A DNA stretch of 25,034 bases from a virus. Taxonomy: Duplodnaviria; Caudoviricetes. Positions 1 through 8,637 of this stretch are shown here, one piece after another. The translations under genes were made by a program, and so were the position numbers. Each line of letters begins with the position of its first letter. Position 1 is the stretch's first letter. Location of the stretch: positions 1 through 25,034 of the IMG/VR virus record IMGVR_UViG_3300045136_000588; one strand, 5' to 3'. The notes beneath the pieces are model-generated. The model made no database searches, was not told the DNA's origin, and was given only the letters and a program-made list of their open reading frames with translations.

Positions 1-18
1 GGCGAGCGCCGTGCTGCT

Positions 19-2142
19 GTGGTACTGGCCGCCGCCCAGAAGCTGGCTAAGCCTCCCCCGGGCGAGCTCACCGGCCGCCAAGACCCCCACGTGTCGGGGG
101 CCGGGCGGGCGCTGACGCAGGTAGTTGACCCGCGCAATGGTGGCCTCGAGCGCCTCTCTATCCAGACCCTCACCCGGCTGGCGCTTGACCCGCAGATTGG
201 CGCAGCGCTCGAGATTATCAAGCTGCCGGTTCTCACCGTGCGCCCCGAGTTTCAGCACCCTGACCGCGTGGTGCGCGAGTTTCTGCAAAACGAGTTCGAC
301 CGCGTGCGCATGCAGCTTATGCGCGACCTATTGACCGCGCTCGAGTACGGCTTTGTAGCGGCTGAGAAGCTATTTGCCTATGCAGACCGCACCATTGCCG
401 ACCCTAGCGGTGCAGTGCTCTGGCAAGCTCGAGCCGTAGTCTACGAGCGCATCAAAGCGATGCACCCGGCGGGCATTCAAATTGACACCGGGCCGCGTGG
501 CGAGCCGATGGGATTCAAACAAATCGCAGGCGCGGATAGCGTTGTAGAAGTCCCTGAGGAAAAGGCGTTGATTTACACGCACGGGCTCGAGTTCGGCAAC
601 CGCTACGGCAACCCCCGCACCCGCCGCGCTTATGTGCCATGGTGGTGGCAGCAACTCATTTATCAGTTTGCCAACCGCTACTTCGAGGACCAGTCCATCC
701 CCCAGCGCAAGATTTTCTACGAGCCCAACCCCCAGCCTACCGACCCCGGCGACCCGAACGCGCCCATTACCGACCCCAACCAGCAGGCTGCCGCAAGGCT
801 TGCGGAGGAAAGCCGCTCGGGAGCGGCTGCGGTGCTGCCGCTCCAGGCCGTGCAGCAATCCGATGGCTCGATTCGCTACGAGCGCGGCTGGGATTTGGAA
901 TATCTGCAAGGCCCGAATAAGCAGAGCGAGTTTACAACCTACATCGACCACCTCGACCTGAAGAAGCTCAGAGCCATGTTCGTGCCGGAAAAAATCGCCG
1001 CCACCACCGCCACCGGGGGCGGGGCCTACAACATGGTGGAATCGCTGGCCGACTTCTTCTTGATGAGCGAGGAAGCTCTGCTCGAGGAACTGCTCGATGC
1101 CATCGCGAAAAGCTGGGCCAGGCCTCTAATCGATTACAACTTCGGCCCGGGCGTGCCCGACGCTGTTTTTGCCCCTACCAAACTGAGCAACTCCAACAAG
1201 GCATTTTTGCAGGATTTGTTCAAAAGCACGATTTTACCGCCTCTACTGCAGGGCTACGGCCCCGCGCCGCAGTTCGATATTGAGGCCATCGCTAACGAGC
1301 TAAAAGTGCCCCTGAAAACCTCAAGCGAGCCCGACACGGTGCGCGAAACCCGCGCTGCTGACACGCCCGATGGCGTAGACGAGATTACGCGGCAGGCGTT
1401 CACACGCCGCCCCCGCCCCCGCGTGCGCTTCGAAGACATCCCCGGCGTGCGTAAACCGCGCTACAACCGCACCTGGGAGACGATGGCCGCCGAGTTCCAG
1501 CAGGCTGTAGCTGAGGTTTACGATGAATGGCTGGCCGTGGCAGCGCGGGCGCTCAGAGGCGCAACGCCGGACAACGCAGCGGCTTTGCTCGACGAGCAGA
1601 TAGCCGAACTCGAGCGACGCATCCTCAGCGCGTATCGCGCCAACCTACCCGAGGCGCACGGCGCTGGCTACGGAGATGCATTATCCCCTCAAGCCCTCGC
1701 GGCTCTGGCCGATCGTATGGCCCAGGCCGAAAAAACCATAAAAGAGGAGGTGCTGCCTGCACTGAAAAACAAGCTGTTTTCCGACATCATCCAGGCCGAA
1801 GTAGACCCAGGCGAGCTAGACGGGCTTATCCGCATCCGCATGGGCCTCATCACCCGCGCCGCCGGTGGTCAGTACTGGTCAACGCTGCTAGGCGGCTGGA
1901 TTGACCACCGGCGCGAGCTAGAAGCCGCTGGCAGAGCCACCAAAATCCGCTGGCGACTCGACAACGAGGCCAGCCATTGCCCTGATTGCCTGGCCTGGGC
2001 TGGGGAGTACGACAGCGTAAATCAGCTTCCCGCCATCCCGGGCGACGGCACCAGTCAGTGCGGCTGGAACTGCCGCTGCTGGCTCGAGGAATACAACCCC
2101 GAGACCGGCGAATGGCAGCGCCGCATTGCCGATTTGTTCTGA
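19..2142 (+). CDS. Portal protein (Mu gp29/DUF935-like) fused to a C-terminal head morphogenesis (Mu gpF/SPP1 gp7-like) domain; true start may lie upstream of the window
   Basis: Portal-like motifs (LLTALEYGFVAAEK, YGNPRTRRAYVPWWW, IAKSWARPLIDYNFG); C-terminal HCPDC...PGDG..CGWNCRC; frame open from base 1; precedes protease and capsid. Confidence 0.85.
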   Translation: MVLAAAQKLAKPPPGELTGRQDPHVSGAGRALTQVVDPRNGGLERLSIQTLTRLALDPQIGAALEIIKLPVLTVRPEFQHPDRVVREFLQNEFDRVRMQLMRDLLTALEYGFVAAEKLFAYADRTIADPSGAVLWQARAVVYERIKAMHPAGIQIDTGPRGEPMGFKQIAGADSVVEVPEEKALIYTHGLEFGNRYGNPRTRRAYVPWWWQQLIYQFANRYFEDQSIPQRKIFYEPNPQPTDPGDPNAPITDPNQQAAARLAEESRSGAAAVLPLQAVQQSDGSIRYERGWDLEYLQGPNKQSEFTTYIDHLDLKKLRAMFVPEKIAATTATGGGAYNMVESLADFFLMSEEALLEELLDAIAKSWARPLIDYNFGPGVPDAVFAPTKLSNSNKAFLQDLFKSTILPPLLQGYGPAPQFDIEAIANELKVPLKTSSEPDTVRETRAADTPDGVDEITRQAFTRRPRPRVRFEDIPGVRKPRYNRTWETMAAEFQQAVAEVYDEWLAVAARALRGATPDNAAALLDEQIAELERRILSAYRANLPEAHGAGYGDALSPQALAALADRMAQAEKTIKEEVLPALKNKLFSDIIQAEVDPGELDGLIRIRMGLITRAAGGQYWSTLLGGWIDHRRELEAAGRATKIRWRLDNEASHCPDCLAWAGEYDSVNQLPAIPGDGTSQCGWNCRCWLEEYNPETGEWQRRIADLF

Positions 2143-2149
2143 GGGAGCC

Positions 2150-2470
2150 ATGGTAGACACGCTAGAAAAAATCCAGATTGAGCAGCAGGTGCAGCGGGCG
2201 GCGCAGTTGCTCGAGGCTCTACCCCTCGAAGTGCGGGTAGACCTGTGCAGCAGAGTGCTGCTACTGAGCCTGCAAGAGGCCGAGCAGAAAAAGCAGCAAT
2301 CTCCGCTGGGCACTGCCGTAAAAGTGGCGCTCTCGCAAGACCAGCGCCCGGTGGCTACGCTTTTAGCATTTGCCGGGCCGGGTGCGCCACATATCGCAAA
2401 AGCGCTAGACGGGATTATCCAGTACATCAGGAGCCTGGAGGCCCACCTAGCAGGAGGTAAGCATGAGTGA
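2150..2470 (+). CDS. Hypothetical protein (106 aa)
   Basis: GAGGGAG before ATG at 2150; fills the gap between portal and protease and overlaps the next start. Confidence 0.7.
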   Translation: MVDTLEKIQIEQQVQRAAQLLEALPLEVRVDLCSRVLLLSLQEAEQKKQQSPLGTAVKVALSQDQRPVATLLAFAGPGAPHIAKALDGIIQYIRSLEAHLAGGKHE

Positions 2471-3860
2471 AATTCTACAGTATCTACAACAAGCCCTTGA
2501 CGCGGCCAACGCTGCGGGGGATGTGGACACCATCGCGGCTATCGCAGCGCTGATGAAGAAGGTCAACGCCACTGCGGACGATGCCCCCGAGCCCGCCCCA
2601 ATGCCTCCTACGGCCGCTACAACCCCCCTAGAAGCCGCTCCAACGGAGGCCCCGCAGCCTACCATTGGCCCCCTATACGAAGCGGCTCAAAACGCGTTAC
2701 AACTTTACCCGAATCACGAGTACCTGGGGGAGGATGCCGAGAGCGTTACCATCTCGGTCACCGACGATCAGGGCGTGGAGACTATCTGGCGCGTCCCGGT
2801 AACGGTTGACGCCGATGGCAATGCCACGCTGGGTGAGCCCGAACAGATCGTGCAGGAGCCGGAGGAACCCCCCTCGCCGCCCCCTCAACCCGTCCAGGTT
2901 CGCCGTCGGGCGTTGCTGTCTCTCATTGGGCCGCGTCTGCTCGAAAGTGCCAACACCAATAACGAGGTGTGGGTGAATATCGTCAACTTGGGCGAGTACG
3001 AACATCCCGAGTACGGCACTATCGTGTTTACCGAGGAGCATTTCCGCCAATGGAAAGCGAATCTCGAGCGCGGTGTGATGGGCGGACGATGCGAGAACGG
3101 GCGGCCGTGCATAGCGACCGACTACGGCCACGCGATGGACGAGAATCTGCCCCCCGAGATGCAGAAAGCCTCGGGCTATATCAAAGATTTGAAACTTGAA
3201 GGGAGCCGCGTCTACGCTTTAGTAGAGTTCACCCCCCGCGCGCTGGAGGGCATCAAAAACAAAGAGTGGAGTTGGTTCAGCGTCTCCGTGGTGGATTCCC
3301 TCCTCGACCAGCGCACCGGCCAGGACGTAGGCAGCGCTTTGCTCGGTGGCGCGCTTACTAATCGACCCTACATCCCCGATCTGGAGCCCATCCGGCTCAC
3401 TGACTTACGGCCCTCTCGAGCTACGCAGCTACAACGTGAGCTAGCAGCTCGTGAAGCGGAAATCGTCCGCCTCAAGCGCGAGAAATACGATGCTGAGGTG
3501 AAGGCCACGCTAGCCGCCCTGGAGCAGGCCCGCATCCCCCCGAGCGTGATCGGGCTGGTGCGCCTCCTGCTCGAGGCCGACTACGAGGCCAAACCCACCA
3601 TCAAGCTCGCACGTGGCGGGCGGGAGCAACACCTCACCCCCGGCAAAGCGGCAATCGAGGCCCTTATGGAGCTAGCCCGCGTTGGCTTGGTGCCCGCCGG
3701 TGAACGCACCGGCAAACCCACCGACCCCGGCGGCATCACCCTCGAGCAGGCTGTAGCCGAGGTTGAGGCAGAGTGGCAAAAAGCTGGAAAACGTAACTAC
3801 CGGCGCAAAGACTTGTACCTCGCAGCACGGCGCAAATACCCGCACCTGCGCGAGAACTAG
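2463..3860 (+). CDS. Prohead protease/scaffold (Mu gpI-like)
   Basis: SD GGAGG; DYGH, ASGYIKDL..EG..VYALVEFT..A...I..KEW.WFS and GGALTNRPYI motifs; coiled-coil C-terminus. Confidence 0.85.
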   Translation: MSEILQYLQQALDAANAAGDVDTIAAIAALMKKVNATADDAPEPAPMPPTAATTPLEAAPTEAPQPTIGPLYEAAQNALQLYPNHEYLGEDAESVTISVTDDQGVETIWRVPVTVDADGNATLGEPEQIVQEPEEPPSPPPQPVQVRRRALLSLIGPRLLESANTNNEVWVNIVNLGEYEHPEYGTIVFTEEHFRQWKANLERGVMGGRCENGRPCIATDYGHAMDENLPPEMQKASGYIKDLKLEGSRVYALVEFTPRALEGIKNKEWSWFSVSVVDSLLDQRTGQDVGSALLGGALTNRPYIPDLEPIRLTDLRPSRATQLQRELAAREAEIVRLKREKYDAEVKATLAALEQARIPPSVIGLVRLLLEADYEAKPTIKLARGGREQHLTPGKAAIEALMELARVGLVPAGERTGKPTDPGGITLEQAVAEVEAEWQKAGKRNYRRKDLYLAARRKYPHLREN

Positions 3861-3872
3861 GAGGAGAAAACT

Positions 3873-4241
3873 ATGGAACAACTGCTGAATATCGCTAGAA
3901 TAGCCGACACTGGCGGCGTTGGCGAGAACCTGATTGTCCGGCCTGTGGCCGGCGGAAAGGTCGCCGTAGCCAGCGGCTCTACCGCTGCTCTTACTGGCGT
4001 GGCGCTTTACGACGCAGCGGCTGGGCAGACCGCTACCATTCAAGTGGCTGGTATAGCTCGCGTTAAACTCGGCGGCACCGTCAGCGCGGGCGACCCCATC
4101 ACCAGCAACGCCAGCGGGCAGGGCGTAGCCGCTGCACCCGCTGCAGGAGTCAACGCCTGGATCGTGGGCATTGCTCAGGAATCTGGTGTCGCGGGCGACC
4201 TCATCGACGTTCAAATCGCCCCAGGACGAATCCAAGGCTAA
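3873..4241 (+). CDS. Capsid cement/decoration protein (DUF2190-like)
   Basis: 122 aa, G/A-rich, GTVSAGDPITSNASGQGV...VGIAQESGVAGDLIDV; lies between protease and capsid. Confidence 0.8.
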   Translation: MEQLLNIARIADTGGVGENLIVRPVAGGKVAVASGSTAALTGVALYDAAAGQTATIQVAGIARVKLGGTVSAGDPITSNASGQGVAAAPAAGVNAWIVGIAQESGVAGDLIDVQIAPGRIQG

Positions 4242-4256
4242 TAGGAGGTAGAAACC

Positions 4257-5216
4257 ATGCCTAACATGTACAACCCCAACGACGTTCACATTCAGCAGGC
4301 GCTCAACGACCTGGCCATCAAATACACCAACGCCGAGACCATCTGGCGGCAGGTGTTGCCAATCAAGCGCGTTCAGAAGCGCTCGGACAAGTACTACATC
4401 TTCGACAAGGCCAACGCGTTCCAGCGTTTTAACGACACCCTGGCCCCCAACGCCATGCCCAACGAGGCCCAGTGGAAACTGTCCACCGACAACTACAGCG
4501 TGGTAGACCACGGCCTGGGAAGCTGGATTCCCCTCGAGGCCGTAGAAAACGCTGACGACCCCCTCGACCCCGCTGGCGATGAAGTGGAAAACCTCTCGGA
4601 GGCCCTAGAAAACCAGCAGGAAGCACGCGTGGCGGCCAAGGTGTTCAGCGCGGCCACCTACCCCACCGGCAACAAGGTGACGCTCTCCGGCACCAGCCAG
4701 TGGAGCGATTACACCAACTCCGACCCGCTGGCGGCCATCGAGGACGCGGCCGACAGCCTTACCGTAGCCCCCAACACGCTGGTATTAGGCGCGGACACCT
4801 GGCGCGTAATGCGTCGCCATCCCAAAGTGGCGGCCCGGCTGTTCCCTCTTGGCGGCAACGCTAACGTTGCCGGGGCTGGCGCTACCGTGCAGCAGCTGCA
4901 GCAATACCTTAGCGACTTTGGCATCGAGCGCGTGCTCGTGGGTCGCCGTCGCGTGAATACTGCCAACATCGGCCAGGCCCCCAACCTGGTACGCGCTTGG
5001 GGTAAACACGCCGCTTTGTTGCGCGTGCAGGAGAACCCTGGCGTGAAAACCCTCACCTTTGGCGTTACGTTTGTCGAAACCGAGCGTAACGTATACCAGG
5101 AGGTTGACTACAAACGCGGGGTGAAAGGTTCGCTATTCACCAAAGTCGCGTGGAACAGCGACGAGAAAATCATCGCGCCTGACGCGGGATTCTTCTTCGA
5201 AAACGCCGTGGTGTAA
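4257..5216 (+). CDS. Major capsid protein
   Basis: SD AGGAGGT; 319 aa; LSGTSQWSDYTNSDP, PNTLVLG..TW..MRRHP and AGFFFENAV are typical of this capsid class; position. Confidence 0.88.
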   Translation: MPNMYNPNDVHIQQALNDLAIKYTNAETIWRQVLPIKRVQKRSDKYYIFDKANAFQRFNDTLAPNAMPNEAQWKLSTDNYSVVDHGLGSWIPLEAVENADDPLDPAGDEVENLSEALENQQEARVAAKVFSAATYPTGNKVTLSGTSQWSDYTNSDPLAAIEDAADSLTVAPNTLVLGADTWRVMRRHPKVAARLFPLGGNANVAGAGATVQQLQQYLSDFGIERVLVGRRRVNTANIGQAPNLVRAWGKHAALLRVQENPGVKTLTFGVTFVETERNVYQEVDYKRGVKGSLFTKVAWNSDEKIIAPDAGFFFENAVV

Positions 5217-5220
5217 TAGC

Positions 5221-5245
5221 TGGCGGCCCCTACTAGGGGCCGCTA
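5221..5245 (+). terminator. GC-rich hairpin after the capsid gene (terminator or mRNA stabiliser)
   Basis: GCGGCCCCTA-C-TAGGGGCCGC perfect inverted repeat; no U-tract. Confidence 0.5.
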
Positions 5246-5264
5246 CAACCCTACAGAGGTCACC

Positions 5265-5522
5265 ATGAAAAAACGCTATCGAGTAGACCCCACACGCGTC
5301 TTGCTGCATAACGGCGAGCGCTACGAGGGTGGCCAGACCGTGCTGCTCGAGGAGGACGCGGCTCGAAACCTGCTGGAACTGGGGGCTATCCTCGAGCTCG
5401 AACAGGAATCTGAGCAGGCAACCGAACAGGACTCCCAGACCGCACCCATCGAATCTGAAACCGATACCGAACCCGACCCCACCACCGAATCGCGCCGCCG
5501 TGGTCGGCCCCGGAGTAGCTAA
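5265..5522 (+). CDS. Small post-capsid protein
   Basis: GAGGT SD; LLHNGERYEGGQTVLLEEDAARNLLELGAI followed by an acidic then basic tail, typical of genes just after capsid genes. Confidence 0.75.
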   Translation: MKKRYRVDPTRVLLHNGERYEGGQTVLLEEDAARNLLELGAILELEQESEQATEQDSQTAPIESETDTEPDPTTESRRRGRPRSS

Positions 5523-6052
5523 TGATTATCAGCGCACAGCGACTCGCACTTTACATTGAGCAGGACTACGTAAAATGGGACGCGCTCAAACGCGACCGTG
5601 CGAAGGAGCACATCCTCACCGCCGGTGCTGAGGTGCGGGGTGCGCTGGCCGCGCTCTACAATATCCCCGCGTATACACGCGATTCCAGCGGCAACATCAC
5701 TTCACCCGCTGGCGTGTTAGACCCCGCAGACACCGCGCTAGGGCCAATCGTGATGATGCTAGCAGCGGCGTATCTGATTGACCCGGTGCGTGGATTTCAG
5801 CCGCAGGAGGAACGCAGCGCCGCCGCCGATTATCGCATTAGCGCCAGAGCGCAGCTAAAGGCGCTGCAAAACGGCACCACGTTCATCGCCGCGCTGGACA
5901 GGCTCGGCGACTATGGCATTACCGCCACCGACCGCGCTAAGGCCATGTTCTCGAGCCTCAAACAGAAATCGGCTGCGCGAATCGTGCAGCCCAATTCAGG
6001 CTATTTCGGCAACTACCACAACCCTGCCAGCGGGAAGGAGTTTGAGAAGTAA
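5522..6052 (+). CDS. Head-tail connector/adaptor (Mu gp36-like)
   Basis: TAATG overlap; AGAEVRGALAALYNIP and DYRISARAQLKALQNG pattern; position. Confidence 0.65.
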   Translation: MIISAQRLALYIEQDYVKWDALKRDRAKEHILTAGAEVRGALAALYNIPAYTRDSSGNITSPAGVLDPADTALGPIVMMLAAAYLIDPVRGFQPQEERSAAADYRISARAQLKALQNGTTFIAALDRLGDYGITATDRAKAMFSSLKQKSAARIVQPNSGYFGNYHNPASGKEFEK

Positions 6053-6095
6053 CAATCCCAGGGCTAAAGCCGCTGGGTTTCCGGGGGTCATCTCT
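6049..6095 (-). mobile_element. 47-bp single-hairpin IS200/IS605 mini-element (PATE-like)
   Basis: Starts GTAAC like the right end at 7124; hairpin CCCAG-GGC-TAAA-GCC-G-CTGGG; removal restores an SD-8nt-ATGA coupled junction. Confidence 0.7.
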
Positions 6096-6668
6096 ATGAT
6101 TTCGACCGAGTACTCCTTCCCTGCGAGACAGACCGCTGATTTCCTGCAAGCCATCGGAGAGGAGCTTTCCCAGCTCGAGCCGCTGCTAAAGCAACTCGTG
6201 CAGTACTACCGCACTACCGTGCAGCCGGAGATTTTCGAGGCGCACGCTGGAGGTCGCAACGGTGGCGCGGGACATCCTCCCTGGCAGCCCCTCAGTGCGC
6301 GCTATCTGGCTAGCATCATCAAGCGCACCAGCGCGCATCCTCGCGATATTCTGCAACTTACAGGCGATTTCCGCAAAGACCTCACCACCGGCACCGCCTA
6401 CACCATCGAGGAATATCGCATCGGCAAAGATTCCGCTTACGTGGAGTTTGGCAGCGCTCGAGTTTATCCGCGCTACGCCGGGGCCGGGCAAGGCGGCCCC
6501 CGGCAGGCTATGTACCTCACGCCTCAGGCCGTGCAGCGCATGGACGAAATGGTAAACTCGTGGCTCTCGAAGAAAATCGTCGAGGAACGCAAACGCCGCC
6601 GCGCTGGGCAAAGCGAGCTAGATAGGCGCGCTAATCGCGCTATCCGGGAGATTTCCAAATATGGCTAG
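6096..6668 (+). CDS. Virion morphogenesis/neck protein (Mu gpG-like)
   Basis: PWQPLSARY...K...ILQLTGDFRKDL motif; start reassigned to ATG 6096 (MISTEY). Confidence 0.75.
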   Translation: MISTEYSFPARQTADFLQAIGEELSQLEPLLKQLVQYYRTTVQPEIFEAHAGGRNGGAGHPPWQPLSARYLASIIKRTSAHPRDILQLTGDFRKDLTTGTAYTIEEYRIGKDSAYVEFGSARVYPRYAGAGQGGPRQAMYLTPQAVQRMDEMVNSWLSKKIVEERKRRRAGQSELDRRANRAIREISKYG

Positions 6669-7122
6669 CCCGTGGGATGTGCAAGAGCAAATCGTCCGCC
6701 AGATAGCCAACTGGCCCGATTTAGCGCCGGGCTCGCCTGCTCTGGGCGGGTGGTGGGCCGGATTTGGCGACATCACGCTGCGCGAGTTCCCCTACTGCGA
6801 AGATTGGCCTGCCTGCCACGTCAATATCCTCGAGCTCGTGGACGAGCCAGGCCGACCGGGATTCCCCCTCAACGGCTTGCGGCTGCAGGTCGGGGTATAC
6901 GTGAGTCTGCAAGAGCCTGACCTGGATGCCTCAAACGAGCGACTATGGCGGCTCGTGATGGCTACTCGAGCAGCGATTACATCTGACCGCACGCTAGGCG
7001 GCCTGCTCAATGAAAAACTGCTAATGCGTAATGTGCGTCAGGTGCCTAGCCCATTGGGCACGCCTATCGTCGGCACCCGACGCATCGAGTTTGAGGCCGT
7101 TATAGTCGAAAATCTGCTCTGA
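6661..7122 (+). CDS. Tail terminator/completion protein
   Basis: 153 aa; AAITSDRTLGG motif; lies before the tail tube gene. Confidence 0.65.
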   Translation: MASPWDVQEQIVRQIANWPDLAPGSPALGGWWAGFGDITLREFPYCEDWPACHVNILELVDEPGRPGFPLNGLRLQVGVYVSLQEPDLDASNERLWRLVMATRAAITSDRTLGGLLNEKLLMRNVRQVPSPLGTPIVGTRRIEFEAVIVENLL

Positions 7123-7146
7123 GGTAACGGTTCCCCTGACTAGAAG

Positions 7147-8292
7147 TCAGGGGCTTTCAGGAGCCCTGAAGATGCACGAGAGCAACTCCGAGCCACGAGG
7201 CTGCGTTACGGTCAGCCCCAACAAACGAATCACCTGAGCGCCATTATGGTCAGCATCCCCAACATAGCCACAGTTCCCACACTCAAAGCGCTTGCCCTGC
7301 CGCTTGCCAATGTGCTTGCAGCAGTGGCAGGTCTGAGAAGTGTAGGCGGGATTGATGGGGAAGACCTGCACCCCAGCCAGAGCCGCTTTGTACTCCACAA
7401 ACCTGCGCAGTTGGTGGAAAGCCCAACTGTTGCTGCGGCGGCGCTCAGTGGAGCTTCTGGGCTGGCTGTTGGTTCGCTCTCGAATGCCCGTCAGGTCTTC
7501 GAGTGCGATAGCCGCGCTCAGGGTTTGAGCCTCCGAGACGATGGCCTTGCTGACCACGTGGTTCACGTGTTTCTGAAAACGTTGCTCTTTGCCCGACAGC
7601 CGTTGCAGCAGTTGACCCGCACGGCGGCGGGTACTGCGTGTGCCTTTCGAGCGGTTCTTCTGCACCATCTGGCGGGTCTTGGCAAAGCGGTCGCGAACCT
7701 TTGTCACCGCTTTGCCCGACCAGCTTTTACCCGTGGAGGTCACAGCGATGTCGTTTCTCCCCAGATCAACCCCGACGACCTCTTGGGATTCGGCTGTCGG
7801 GGGGACATCCCGCTTGACCTGCACATGGAGCCACAACTTGCCTTTGGAGTCCACCAGCGTAGCGCTGGTGGGTTGAGTACCTTGCAGTTTTTGGAGGTGG
7901 TATTTGGAGAGTCGAAGGTCAACCCGAAGCCGACCCTTGACCGTGCTCAGAGAAGCAGTCTCATCCCGCAAACGGAGGTCAAAGATGCGCGCGTCGTAGT
8001 CCACCGACGTGGGTTTAAACGCCTTAACCTTCCCACCCAACTCTTTTGCGGCCTTGCGGTTCATGCTCACCCGAGCGATGGCCCTTACCGCGAGGTTGGC
8101 GCTCAGTCCGAACCTCTCCCGCACATCTTTGTAGGTCAACTGCTGTATGCGTGCGCTGTTTCTGATGTTCTCAGGCACAGCCGCATGGATGTGGTTGCAG
8201 GCATCCGCGAACGCGACCAGCGTAGACCTCAAAGCAATTTCTTGCTCTGGGGTCGGAGCCAGCCTAATTTTTACGGTAAGCACCTGCTGCAC
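7147..8292 (-). CDS. tnpB: TnpB RNA-guided endonuclease, catalytic residues intact
   Basis: RuvC VGVDLG / ALEDL / DADHNG, Zn finger CHCC..CGNC, N-terminal KIRLAPTPEQ. Confidence 0.95.
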   Translation of the reverse strand: MQQVLTVKIRLAPTPEQEIALRSTLVAFADACNHIHAAVPENIRNSARIQQLTYKDVRERFGLSANLAVRAIARVSMNRKAAKELGGKVKAFKPTSVDYDARIFDLRLRDETASLSTVKGRLRVDLRLSKYHLQKLQGTQPTSATLVDSKGKLWLHVQVKRDVPPTAESQEVVGVDLGRNDIAVTSTGKSWSGKAVTKVRDRFAKTRQMVQKNRSKGTRSTRRRAGQLLQRLSGKEQRFQKHVNHVVSKAIVSEAQTLSAAIALEDLTGIRERTNSQPRSSTERRRSNSWAFHQLRRFVEYKAALAGVQVFPINPAYTSQTCHCCKHIGKRQGKRFECGNCGYVGDADHNGAQVIRLLGLTVTQPRGSELLSCIFRAPESP

Positions 8293-8298
8293 GAAAGG

Positions 8299-8327
8299 AG
8301 TATACCACAGAATGTCACTCTATCCAA
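8299..8327 (-). promoter_or_regulatory. Sigma70-type promoter for a leaderless tnpB transcript
   Basis: Minus strand TTGGAT-17nt-TATACT (with TG extension), then 6 nt to the GTG start. Confidence 0.65.
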
Positions 8328-8424
8328 CCAGTAGCTTGCGGGGTATCCAGCGGCGTATTCACGCCGCCCTTCACTTCCTCCCCGCTCTGAAGAGACGGGG
8401 CATCCCCGAAGGAGTTTTGTGATT

Positions 8425-8637
8425 ATGGCTAAAAAATCCGATAAACCCGAAACCCCGCAAACCATCGAGTACGTGCGATGGATTCACCCCGAGCCGCGCG
8501 GCGTGATGGGCTATGGCATCCTCGAGCCGGGCTCGATTCATCGCGTGGCCGATCTGCCTGGCGATCCATTGCAGCAGCTAGGCGTAACGTTTGAGGCCGT
8601 TGAAGGCCCCGACAATCAGGAGGTAAAACATGAGTAG
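8425..8637 (+). CDS. Small hypothetical tail-region protein (alternative GTG start at 8419)
   Basis: MAKKSDKP start; SD supplied by the IS left end; overlaps the tail tube start. Confidence 0.7.
   Translation: MAKKSDKPETPQTIEYVRWIHPEPRGVMGYGILEPGSIHRVADLPGDPLQQLGVTFEAVEGPDNQEVKHE

Larger units (their letters stand above)
7124..8418 (-). mobile_element. IS200/IS605-family tnpB-only (IS1341-like) element A, 1295 bp, inferred target/TAM TCAC
   Basis: Right-end hairpin CCCCTGACT-AGA-AGTCAGGGG near 7133; left-end hairpin CCCCGCTCTGAAGAGACGGGG near 8380-8400; removal gives TGAG|GTGATTATG (stop, SD, start). Confidence 0.88.

Noticed and set aside
5913-6095. Upstream extensions in the ORF track (5913; likewise 9441, 14310, 15952, 16563, 23355, 23975)
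   Set aside because: They overlap real upstream genes; internal starts with SD or stop/start coupling fit better
7246-8334. 362-aa + strand ORF
   Set aside because: Antisense shadow of tnpB A; no SD or recognisable motifs
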